Shown here in pieces: positions 38,133-47,159 of a stretch of 64,000 bases of DNA. The notes beneath the pieces are model-generated. The model was not told the origin of the DNA, did no database searches, and worked only from the letters and a program-made list of their open reading frames with translations. Where the stretch lies: assembly GCA_964526915.1 (NCBI GenBank), contig CAZGMS010000072.1, forward strand, positions 7,341 through 71,340. Direction: 5' to 3'. Origin of the DNA: an uncultured Nitrospirales bacterium (GTDB lineage Bacteria; UBA10199; JADGCS01). Numbering within the stretch: the first letter of the stretch is position 1; each line of letters opens with the position of its first letter. A program made the translations under genes and the position numbers.

Positions 38133-39124
38133 GCAGACACTATCCTTTTAACGTCAGAAAAAGATAATGTCTTTGTTTCCAAAAGCAGGGTTTTTAACGC
38201 CTGATGAGTCTTTGCTGTCCACAACTTGGGATGATGCACCCACACTTGAAATAACCGTTTTTTTTGTCTGCCTTTTTTGAGTTGTTTCATGACCAAATCA
38301 ACACTAGCCAAATCAAGGGTAGATGACCTCAATTCAGACAATAGTAATCGTAAAATTTGTTTTGCCAACGGCTTGGGCTTACGCAATCCCTGACCATCAC
38401 CACAACGAGCGCTCCTGCGCATTTGGAAATAATTTTTTAACAAGGTCCTTCCTGAAATCTTCACCGAAGTCATGGGTACTTCAAAAAACTTACCCAGTTC
38501 TTGTGGCAAACACGGATCATTTTCAAAACGCCAGTAATCTTTTTCCTGCGGTGCTTTTGTAAAATCATATGCTGCTTGCTCGTTATCATTGTTTGCAATC
38601 CCTGGCCGCACACTAAAATCATAGTGCAAACCCTGTGATAACATGTGATTCTTCAGTTCTTGAAACGGCTGAACACACCAGCCACCAGCCCTGAAGGCCT
38701 GCACTTTGTATGCTGGACAAACTTGCTGGACAATCTCTTCAATCATCTCCTTGCCACTTGCAATCAAAGCACCTCTCTCGCGCTCACCCAAGGATTGTAA
38801 CCGGTATCTCTCGTGAGTCTTGAATGTCCACTCGTTACCATTTAGCGGTACAGCATCAAGCCATTGTGGATGCAAATGCAAACCAAAATCATGGCCCGCT
38901 TTTGCCATCTCAATGATTTGTGCCCTGACTTTTTCAAAATCAGGGTGTCGTTGTGCAACAAGATGCAAAAGGTAGCTGGCATCAATAAAGAAGATGCCTG
39001 TCGCATTGTGTTCTTTCAATATCTGTAAAATAGCAGATGTCGGTTCAAGGAGACATTTCTGTGCTGTCCCGCTATGAGCACCCAAAAAAAGCTCATAATC
39101 AAATGTGAGAACAATCTGATTCAT
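38129..39124 (-). CDS. Polysaccharide deacetylase family protein (CE4-like)
   Basis: 331 aa. IVLTFDYELFLG and GHDFGLHLHPQW. It resembles the deacetylase that accompanies FemAB-like genes in EPS loci. Confidence 0.7.
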   Translation of the reverse strand: MNQIVLTFDYELFLGAHSGTAQKCLLEPTSAILQILKEHNATGIFFIDASYLLHLVAQRHPDFEKVRAQIIEMAKAGHDFGLHLHPQWLDAVPLNGNEWTFKTHERYRLQSLGERERGALIASGKEMIEEIVQQVCPAYKVQAFRAGGWCVQPFQELKNHMLSQGLHYDFSVRPGIANNDNEQAAYDFTKAPQEKDYWRFENDPCLPQELGKFFEVPMTSVKISGRTLLKNYFQMRRSARCGDGQGLRKPKPLAKQILRLLLSELRSSTLDLASVDLVMKQLKKGRQKKRLFQVWVHHPKLWTAKTHQALKTLLLETKTLSFSDVKRIVSA

Positions 39125-40118
39125 GTGATCGTGCTCTTTCTTGATCGATAATGTCGCCTGTATATTTCAACCCCCTGGCATAGGCATTCAGTTTGGCCGT
39201 GGCTGTGAACAACTTATAGCGCAAGGGTTTCAAAGGGTATTTCCACAAATAGCCCACCTTCAGCTGGCCTCCAAAACGCGATTTGAACCGCTGAATACTT
39301 TCCTGCCTGGAGCCTGGTAGCGGCGACATTCTGGCACCCATAAAATCATACACAAGCACTCCGTGCGCCTTCATGTCCAACATGATCTTCCACTGCAAAT
39401 AATTCATTGCTCCCAAACTTGGTCCTTCAATACTGCCACCATGCAAATAATATGCAGAGCTCCCTGCTTTCCAAATCACAACGGCACAACCCTGACTTTT
39501 ACCATTTTTTTTTGCCACATAAAATGAAACTTGGTCTCCCAACTCGGCGGCCAACCTCATTAATTCACCTTTCCTTGCCCACGGGAGGGATTGTCGTTGC
39601 ATGGTCTGTTGTATCAAACGTGCACATTCATCCAGATATTCAGTCCCTGATACAATTTGCACTCCCTCCGCCATTGCCTTTCTGATGACATTTCTATGTT
39701 TGTGATGGAGCCCGGCAAACAAATCACTTTCCTGTGCTGTCAAATCAACTTGGAATGAACTGAACTGGCAATGAATGGAGTTTTGAGGACACGCACGAAA
39801 AACGGCGGAGGTATGCGGCTGATAGATAAAATCAACATTCAGTTGTTTTGACAACTCAACGACCTCACCTAAAAAGAGTCTCTCCGCCTCTGCTGATACC
39901 GGCTCCACAAACACAGTAGCGGAAGGAAAAACCAGTCTGTTAAAAAAAGCCCTGCGCTCAACAACATAGGGCAGTATCATTTGGTCAGACACAAACCAGC
40001 CGTATTCACCCGATGAACGAGCCTTCAAATAGCCCTCTGTGGCCACAATAGGAAGAGGCGTCAATAAGACAGGTTCTGTTTTTTCAATTTTGATCAACAA
40101 AGTTCTCAACTTTTGCAA
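39099..40118 (-). CDS. FemAB-family / GNAT-fold aminoacyl transferase-like protein
   Basis: 339 aa. SSAYYLHGGS and RFKSRFGG motifs are characteristic of FemA/FemB/FemX-like proteins. Confidence 0.65.
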   Translation of the reverse strand: MQKLRTLLIKIEKTEPVLLTPLPIVATEGYLKARSSGEYGWFVSDQMILPYVVERRAFFNRLVFPSATVFVEPVSAEAERLFLGEVVELSKQLNVDFIYQPHTSAVFRACPQNSIHCQFSSFQVDLTAQESDLFAGLHHKHRNVIRKAMAEGVQIVSGTEYLDECARLIQQTMQRQSLPWARKGELMRLAAELGDQVSFYVAKKNGKSQGCAVVIWKAGSSAYYLHGGSIEGPSLGAMNYLQWKIMLDMKAHGVLVYDFMGARMSPLPGSRQESIQRFKSRFGGQLKVGYLWKYPLKPLRYKLFTATAKLNAYARGLKYTGDIIDQERARSHESDCSHI

Positions 40119-41172
40119 ACAAATACTTCATGCGCTCGGAATGGTCTTCGATGGGCAGTTCCACAACACAACCTGATATTTTTTCGGCACACGGAAAATT
40201 TGAAGTGTCTTCGGTCAACAAAGCATAACCCATACCGACATGAATCTGCATGGCCAGCATGTATCTATAAAAACTTTGTGCCACCTGCCTGGTCTCAAAA
40301 CAAAGAACGATTTTATGCGGTGCAGACTGACCCCGAATAGCCTTGATGATTCTGAATTTCTTGCCATCAGAAAATTTGTTCATAAATGCATCGTGATATT
40401 TTTTTCGAAAAGCAAATGCTCCTCCCAACATACCGTGTACAGTCCCTCCCAAAAAACATTCCTCAAAAGAACCAAAACCATCATTGTAAAGAAAATGGGC
40501 GCGTTCCAAAAAAACATTCAATATATTCAGAATCCAAAGACAACAGGACCAATAACTCCAAAAAAAATCTTTTTGCCTTCCATACCTAAACAGCAACCAT
40601 CTCACAAAATGCACCAATGGGTGATGAGTCAGTTTCCAATCATAATCCAAATTATCTGTCCAAAAGAAGCCCCCCATGGCACCGGGAGTGGCCTTGCCGG
40701 GACCAATAGAAAACAATCCTGCATTGCCAAATGTTCCGAGAAAGCGACCATCCAACACAGCACCAAAACTCTGCGCTGAGTCATCAATCAGAAACGCCCC
40801 ATTCCCTTTACAAATCAATTCAATGTCACTCATGCTGGCGGGATTGCCATACAAACTGGGAGCTACCAACGCTGATACATCGTTTTCCTGCAAACATTTT
40901 TTGATGCTTGCCACTGATGGGTTGAGATCCTCCTCGTCGCAATCAAAAAAAATGGGGGTTAATCCCAGACGTCTGAGAGGAACTAATAATGACCCACAAG
41001 CGTACGCGGGCAAAGCAACATTGCCCTTTGCCGAAAAAGACCTCAGAGCATGATAAATACCAGCTTTGCCACTTGCGGCATAATGCCAATCCTTACCCGT
41101 TATCTGATTGAGTTTTGGTAAATCAAGGGGGCACTCATCAACAAAAGGCGGCCTAAACTTGGCTATTTTCAT
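40084..41172 (-). CDS. Divergent DegT/DnrJ/EryC1-family PLP aminotransferase
   Basis: 362 aa. LIDDSAQSFGAVLDGRFLGTFG and FSIGPGKATPG (candidate PLP Lys). Confidence 0.6.
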   Translation of the reverse strand: MKIAKFRPPFVDECPLDLPKLNQITGKDWHYAASGKAGIYHALRSFSAKGNVALPAYACGSLLVPLRRLGLTPIFFDCDEEDLNPSVASIKKCLQENDVSALVAPSLYGNPASMSDIELICKGNGAFLIDDSAQSFGAVLDGRFLGTFGNAGLFSIGPGKATPGAMGGFFWTDNLDYDWKLTHHPLVHFVRWLLFRYGRQKDFFWSYWSCCLWILNILNVFLERAHFLYNDGFGSFEECFLGGTVHGMLGGAFAFRKKYHDAFMNKFSDGKKFRIIKAIRGQSAPHKIVLCFETRQVAQSFYRYMLAMQIHVGMGYALLTEDTSNFPCAEKISGCVVELPIEDHSERMKYLFAKVENFVDQN

Positions 41173-42419
41173 AAAAACAGTTCTTCGTACCTTTGAGTCA
41201 AGTGAGGGATATCAAAGTTGTCAAAATCGCATGATGGCATTTTTGCAGACAAATAATCTTCTTTCATTTGTTTGAGGGTCTTAATGATATCATCTACATC
41301 ATAGCGGGCCACATAATGCCCCTTCACCTTCAGCAATTCATACAATTCACCACCATTTGAAATCAGGAATATTTTTCTTCGAGTGGCCATGTAATCAAAG
41401 ACTTTTGTTCCAAAGGCATAGGGATACATTTCGGCATTAATACTCAAACCAAAACTGTAAGTTGGCATATTGGCCGAGATTTGCTTCAAGGGGGTTTCTG
41501 AATAACGGTGAAAATATTTACTGAACACGGCTGAGTCTCTCATTACGCTGTACAGTGCATCCTGGTCTTTGCCAAAGATATCCACCGTAAAATTATTTTG
41601 AAAATATTCATCTTGCATCTTATTCAGGGCAGAACACAAAAGGGTAAATGCGGGTATTCGCGAATCCGGGATATTGCCTATGTAAATCATTTTAAAGTCT
41701 GCCAAGCCCGGGTTTATGATGGCACAGCCATAATCATCAACATCATAACCATTGTGAATACAGACAAACTTTTTTGAAAAAGATCCATAGGTTTTCTTCA
41801 TTCTATGCAAAATGTCATTTGTGGGAAATACGATGACATCCGAATAAATCATCGATACAATTTCCATATAAACTGATTTTTCCTTCTGCCAAAAATAATT
41901 CAATTTTTTTAAATACTGGTAATCAACATCATCGTTCCAGGAATCACGATAATCTTGAATCAAATGAATCTCTGGATTTTCAATTTTAAGAAATGCGCTG
42001 GTATAATGAAGAGAACTCGGAGGCCCTGTGACCACAACGTTTTTAATGTGGTGTTCTTTGATGACGGCCCGGGCACAGGGAATCAGTTTTGAGCCCCATC
42101 TTTGGGCAGGATCCAAGTAGTACATCGTCTTCATGAGAACAAACCGTAAAAATTTTCGAAAATACCTTCCCAAAATATTTTTTGATGATGATGACAACAG
42201 CCACATAGGGTAATTGGCTGAAATCCTGTGAACATGAATATTTTCGTGTTGAACATCTGTTCCCCAATTTACATTCCCTTTTTTTGAACATTTGGTTGTA
42301 ATCACATGGACCACATAGCCCCTTTGGGCCAAATATTTAGAGAATTTTGCCCAACGGCGCGTACCCACACCCCCCATAGGGGGGAATTTAAACGCAATCA
42401 CTAGTAATTGTTTTTTCAT
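41169..42419 (-). CDS. Glycosyltransferase, GT4-like
   Basis: 416 aa. N-terminus LLVIAFKFPPMGGVGTRRWAKFSKYLAQRGYVVHVIT is typical of the GT4 N-terminal domain. Confidence 0.6.
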   Translation of the reverse strand: MKKQLLVIAFKFPPMGGVGTRRWAKFSKYLAQRGYVVHVITTKCSKKGNVNWGTDVQHENIHVHRISANYPMWLLSSSSKNILGRYFRKFLRFVLMKTMYYLDPAQRWGSKLIPCARAVIKEHHIKNVVVTGPPSSLHYTSAFLKIENPEIHLIQDYRDSWNDDVDYQYLKKLNYFWQKEKSVYMEIVSMIYSDVIVFPTNDILHRMKKTYGSFSKKFVCIHNGYDVDDYGCAIINPGLADFKMIYIGNIPDSRIPAFTLLCSALNKMQDEYFQNNFTVDIFGKDQDALYSVMRDSAVFSKYFHRYSETPLKQISANMPTYSFGLSINAEMYPYAFGTKVFDYMATRRKIFLISNGGELYELLKVKGHYVARYDVDDIIKTLKQMKEDYLSAKMPSCDFDNFDIPHLTQRYEELFL

Positions 42420-42430
42420 TTTCCCACGTT

Positions 42431-43795
42431 TTATGTTGCTGTTAAGATATTTTCAAAACATTCCTTCCATCCTGGCCACCCCAAATCTGAAAACATTGTA
42501 TTATGAGAAAGAAGGGTAAAAATCCCCTGGTACTTTTTAACCTGCTCTTTTAACTTGCTAAGACCACCATGCACGACTTCCATATCACGCATACCCTGAT
42601 ATTTGTAAAATGCCCCATCCATTGCTACCAAGGGCAACTCTCTTAAGCGAAGTTTTTTTTGCGATAGGATATTGAAAACTGGGTAATCCTGACACACACC
42701 GCACCTGAACCCAGCCATCTCAGGGTATCCTAACGTGGAATCAACTGCCATCCCATTATCTTCCCAAATCTGCCACGTTGTGGGCACCTCAAATTTCAAA
42801 TAGTGCTGTCTCCCAGATTGAACGCCCTCCCAGCCCTGATTTGCCAAGACTTGATTCAATCTCTGCTTTTCGATTTTCCACTTGTTTCCATCATTACATG
42901 TATCATAGCCCGGGTGAAATCCAATCACATGTTCATTCTCCCTGATTATCCTCAAATTGTGCTCGGCAAACACGGTATCCAATCTATATCCCGAATCACG
43001 CCTGCTTTTGACAGCAGACATGAAATTAAATTGGATGGTCGCATCACATCGCCTTCCCATATCGACCAATTCAGAGTAAAGATCATAGGGATCCTTGTTG
43101 CCAAAATGTCTACAAGACAAACTGCCCACCATACTCTTTGAAGCCGCTCTCAGACTTTTATTAAGAAGAAGATCACCGCCTACTCTACGAATCAGACCCC
43201 AGACATCTTGGGGATAATAGGTCAATATATCCACATCAATACTGGGAGCCATACGATAACGACTGTGCTTTTTCTGTGCCTGCCCATCCAAATGATGAAT
43301 CATCCGAAACAACATTTGAGCATATTCATGCACTATGGGCCGTTCCAAGAAACCCTGTTTGACTGCAAGCGACTGATCTGCAGGAAATCGGCCATGAATA
43401 TCGCGAATGAGATTAACGTGTTCCTCCCACCTCGTCAGCATGAAAAAAGATGACGCAAAGACATCGACACCACAGATGATTCGGTCTGACGACACAGAAC
43501 ACTCATCAGTACCAAAAATAGTGGGCAAAGGAGCCTTATCAACAAACTGGTTATCAACAAATGAGGTGCGAGAAGGGATGTTGCGATTATCCAAATAGGT
43601 AACATCAGAACAAAACTGGTTGAAAAAGTTATCCCTCACTACAATGATTTTTCGATTTTCCAATACAATTTCATAATCCTTGATTGGTCTGGCACAGACA
43701 CAGACATCAATCCCCAATAATTCCCTAAAAAGAACCTCAATAACATATTCCCGTTCGGCTACATGGTTGTCCGGAATGTTGATAACAATACCCAT
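42431..43795 (-). CDS. Putative polysaccharide deacetylase-fold protein with an extra N-terminal domain
   Basis: 454 aa. C-terminal half has VIGFHPGYDT, GRQHYLKFEVP and VDSTLGYPEMAGFRCGV...LPLVAMDG. The pattern is shared with ORF 8403-9230. Confidence 0.4.
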   Translation of the reverse strand: MGIVINIPDNHVAEREYVIEVLFRELLGIDVCVCARPIKDYEIVLENRKIIVVRDNFFNQFCSDVTYLDNRNIPSRTSFVDNQFVDKAPLPTIFGTDECSVSSDRIICGVDVFASSFFMLTRWEEHVNLIRDIHGRFPADQSLAVKQGFLERPIVHEYAQMLFRMIHHLDGQAQKKHSRYRMAPSIDVDILTYYPQDVWGLIRRVGGDLLLNKSLRAASKSMVGSLSCRHFGNKDPYDLYSELVDMGRRCDATIQFNFMSAVKSRRDSGYRLDTVFAEHNLRIIRENEHVIGFHPGYDTCNDGNKWKIEKQRLNQVLANQGWEGVQSGRQHYLKFEVPTTWQIWEDNGMAVDSTLGYPEMAGFRCGVCQDYPVFNILSQKKLRLRELPLVAMDGAFYKYQGMRDMEVVHGGLSKLKEQVKKYQGIFTLLSHNTMFSDLGWPGWKECFENILTAT

Positions 43796-43796
43796 T

Positions 43797-44522
43797 CTAA
43801 ATTCTTTCTCTCCTAGAACCCGATAACCAACGACTTAGTAGTAACCGACTTTGTCTGGCTATTTTGATACAAGTTCTTCTTTTGATGGCCTTGATCAATT
43901 GTGATTTATCAATATCACTCATCAATGTTTTTTTTGATTTGATCATGACCATACCGCCCGTTTTCACTGCACTCAGAAACTCGCCGTGTTGATTCAAAAC
44001 AACAATGCAATTTTCCAACTCATTCAAAGAATGAGCATCACCCGCATAACACATACCCTTGCCGTGTTTTTTGGCCAAATCCATTGCCCGTATATTGTCG
44101 ACATTTCGACATCTTGCATTAAACACCTCAATCATATCCACATCTTCCGCAAGCTGATTGATATTTTTATGACCTACATACGGGTGTGGCAACAACAATA
44201 ACCCTCCTTGCTCCCGAACTTCTCGAACAAATGCAGCATATTTGCGAGACTCAATTTCTTTATGAATTCCCATGGCAATCACATCACCATATTCTGTTTG
44301 ATATTCGGCAGAAAGAGGCACTTCAATATTGAGATGATTTTCATTGCAATGCTTCTTGAGTGCCAGCGAACCTTGGATGCTGTCGTGATCCGTCAATACT
44401 AAGAAATCGAGTTTCTGCGCATTGGCCCAGCGAGCCAACCGGGGAATCGACATCACAGAATCATACGAATAGGCTGAATGACAATGAAAAATACCCTTAC
44501 GATTCATACTGGCCATGCACAC
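43797..44522 (-). CDS. PHP-domain metal-dependent phosphoesterase
   Basis: 241 aa. GIFHCHSAYSYDS, DFLVLTDHDS and LLLLPHPY give the His/Asp pattern of the PHP family. Confidence 0.75.
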   Translation of the reverse strand: MCMASMNRKGIFHCHSAYSYDSVMSIPRLARWANAQKLDFLVLTDHDSIQGSLALKKHCNENHLNIEVPLSAEYQTEYGDVIAMGIHKEIESRKYAAFVREVREQGGLLLLPHPYVGHKNINQLAEDVDMIEVFNARCRNVDNIRAMDLAKKHGKGMCYAGDAHSLNELENCIVVLNQHGEFLSAVKTGGMVMIKSKKTLMSDIDKSQLIKAIKRRTCIKIARQSRLLLSRWLSGSRRERI

Positions 44523-45648
44523 AATACTTCACAAATGTTTTGGCAAAGTGCCCTGCCATTTTTATAGTGGGGCGAATATCCGACAGTTGACAGTTATTTT
44601 TTACACGCAAACACAGAGTATCTTTGATCACCCCACACATGGCCTTTGGTCTGAGCATACCGTACATGATGTCGCCATTGAATGGCCAAGTGTACCTGAG
44701 TTTGGATTTTCTGCAAACATCGATCGCAGGTTGCTTACCCAAATGCAGATCCACCATCATTTGCGGGAAATTCACCCCCGCAGAAATGGCAAGCTCAATA
44801 GATCCCCAGAGTTTGGCGTTAATTTCCATCAAAAAGGGACGACCTGATTCATCGACCTTGAATTCGACCATGGCCAAACCATGCCACTGCAAAGCATCCA
44901 AAATTTGTTTTCCGTACTCTGCCACCAATGGATTGAAACCAGTTTCAGCCGCCACACTGCGGCCTCCGCTGGGTGGCATTTCACGAATTCTGCGGTGCTG
45001 AAATGTCACACAACATTTGCCATGATCATACAACGCAAAAAAACCACACCCGTATCCCTTTATGTATTCCTGTAACATCGGTAACAAAGACCCTTCCAAG
45101 TTGTGCTTTTCACACAGCGCATGATACTTGCCCAAAAGATCCCTGTGATGCTCAACATAATCGATCACGTTAACACCCGCTTCCTGCTTTCCCTTGATCA
45201 CAAGGGGGAATTTCAGGGTAGCTCCCAATACTGAGATTTCTTCCCTGTTAAGCGGGTAAAAGGTTTTGGGATAAGGAACACCTATCTTTTCAGCAAGCGC
45301 GTACGTTTTTTCTTTTGACATGGCAACATCGATCTTTGATGCTTCAGCAATCACAATGTCAGAACACAGCCTGATCTCATCCTGCAATTCACTCATGATA
45401 CTGTTGGCCTTGGCACCAACAGGCATGACCATGTCTATCTGATATTGTTTTAAAATATCCAGAAAGGTTTGGTTAAACTCCGGCAGTTCATATTTGGGGA
45501 CAATAATTTCATCAGCGCAATATTTTGACAACGCCGCCAATGAACCGGGCCTATGACTCATCACATAGACTGTGTGGCATTCCTTACCCAAAGCCCTCAC
45601 CACGCCGAGCGTGTGTGTGTAGTTTCCATCTGAAACCAATATTTTCAT
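44497..45648 (-). CDS. ATP-grasp ligase (second copy)
   Basis: MKILVSDGNYTHTLGVVRALG and LAMVEFKVDESGRPFLMEINAKLWGS. The Met at 45648 gives an ATGA overlap (tcat at 45645-45648). Confidence 0.75.
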   Translation of the reverse strand: MKILVSDGNYTHTLGVVRALGKECHTVYVMSHRPGSLAALSKYCADEIIVPKYELPEFNQTFLDILKQYQIDMVMPVGAKANSIMSELQDEIRLCSDIVIAEASKIDVAMSKEKTYALAEKIGVPYPKTFYPLNREEISVLGATLKFPLVIKGKQEAGVNVIDYVEHHRDLLGKYHALCEKHNLEGSLLPMLQEYIKGYGCGFFALYDHGKCCVTFQHRRIREMPPSGGRSVAAETGFNPLVAEYGKQILDALQWHGLAMVEFKVDESGRPFLMEINAKLWGSIELAISAGVNFPQMMVDLHLGKQPAIDVCRKSKLRYTWPFNGDIMYGMLRPKAMCGVIKDTLCLRVKNNCQLSDIRPTIKMAGHFAKTFVKYCVHGQYES

Positions 45649-46406
45649 TTGTGAAGAATAAGAAAATAAAATGCTGAACAACGTGGAATCGCAGTTGCCA
45701 AAAATCTGTCCAGCTTATTGAATAGTGCAAATAAGCCACAACGACCTAACACGCGCAACACAGTACTCCAACACAAAAACAGACAAGTGCCATTTGTTTC
45801 CATAATCTTGAAACCCGCATTGCTTACAAGATTTTCGATATCGTGTGCTGAAAACTGCCAATGACAGAATGATTCCGGAGACACCTCTTTGCGATGTAGC
45901 TGTTTTTCGCGTCTCCAATATAAACTATTTTTATTGGGCATGGAAAAAATGATCTTACCATCATTTTTTAGGACACGGCGCAACTCATCTAAAGCCTTGG
46001 GTCTGTTTTCCACATGTTCAATCACTTCACTGCATATGATCAAGTCAACACTATCGCTCTCCAAAGGAATTTCTGTCAAATCTGCTATGACAATTTCTAT
46101 TTTATCCAAGAGTTCTGGATACTTTTCAAAATTCTTTCTCATCCGCACCACTTCTTCCCTTGAAGATTCAAGGGCCACAACACGAACAGCCACTTTACTT
46201 GCCAAATAAGTATTTGGCCCTTTTCCTGCCCCCGCATCCAGAACTGTCCTGGCAGGATATGTTTTCAGATACTGATTGATCAATGTGACCCGTTGACGAT
46301 GTTGATAGCGCCAAACGGAAAACTGATCACCGTAATCATGAAAATCATCCATGAAAGGCAACGGATAGGCATTGGCAATATCGTCAGATTGTGCAACATT
46401 CCACAT
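45645..46406 (-). CDS. Class I SAM-dependent methyltransferase
   Basis: 253 aa. VLDAGAGKGPNT and LIICSEVIEHV. Confidence 0.8.
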   Translation of the reverse strand: MWNVAQSDDIANAYPLPFMDDFHDYGDQFSVWRYQHRQRVTLINQYLKTYPARTVLDAGAGKGPNTYLASKVAVRVVALESSREEVVRMRKNFEKYPELLDKIEIVIADLTEIPLESDSVDLIICSEVIEHVENRPKALDELRRVLKNDGKIIFSMPNKNSLYWRREKQLHRKEVSPESFCHWQFSAHDIENLVSNAGFKIMETNGTCLFLCWSTVLRVLGRCGLFALFNKLDRFLATAIPRCSAFYFLILHK

Positions 46407-46414
46407 GGACTCTG

Positions 46415-47155
46415 TTATTCCCTTTTGATGATGATGGCGTGTCCATTCAAATTATGAATGACCACGCGATCATTTTTTTGCATCTGCTCATTCACATACT
46501 GTGTGATCCCCGAGCATCCACTAAAACCAAAATCATCGTAAACGATCATGCCACCGGGAACCAATCTGTCCCAGATCCAATCTACAACCCCTTTTGCTGA
46601 TTCGTACACATCAACATCTATGTGGCACAATCTAAATTTTTCATCTGCCACAAGAACTCCTGTCTGGTCCGGAAAAATTCCTTGAAGAACTTTTACATTG
46701 GCGTAGGAAGCCACCTTCTTTAATAAACATGTCACTAGTTCCTTCGATGTATCTGCATGCTCGCCACCTTTGTATGTGGTGTCATGGACCCCCGCTTTGA
46801 CCACACCGGAGAATGTATCACACAAATACACTTTTTCCCTGATGCCACAATCGGAGGCCCGTCTGGCCAAAAGAGCACCGGTCCCTCCACGCCACACACC
46901 AATCTCTATGATGCTTCCCCCACTCAATTTGGCACACTGGGCCACCAACGCGTACAATTCAAAACACCTATATTTGTCCACCAATGTGTGATCTTTGATC
47001 TGGCCATACAGTGTGATGAATTGTTGATCAGTATTCCAAGGGGCATAGGTAGCCTTGGGGATGATCGTTTCGTATTGGGCATCGCTGGTAGTCACAGTAC
47101 GAAGCATTCGAAATCCAAAATGATTTAGAATATTCTTAATGTGTGTTTTGAACAT
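46415..47155 (-). CDS. TylF/MycF-family (macrocin-type) O-methyltransferase
   Basis: 246 aa. IIEIGVWRGGTGALLA, CDTFSG and LCHIDVDVYES. Confidence 0.75.
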   Translation of the reverse strand: MFKTHIKNILNHFGFRMLRTVTTSDAQYETIIPKATYAPWNTDQQFITLYGQIKDHTLVDKYRCFELYALVAQCAKLSGGSIIEIGVWRGGTGALLARRASDCGIREKVYLCDTFSGVVKAGVHDTTYKGGEHADTSKELVTCLLKKVASYANVKVLQGIFPDQTGVLVADEKFRLCHIDVDVYESAKGVVDWIWDRLVPGGMIVYDDFGFSGCSGITQYVNEQMQKNDRVVIHNLNGHAIIIKRE

Positions 47156-47159
47156 GTCA

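Noticed and set aside
42370-42384. A CCCCCC-ATA-GGGGGG perfect hairpin-forming sequence.
   Set aside because: It lies inside the GT4-like CDS and simply encodes the conserved PPMGG motif. There is no sign of a regulatory role.
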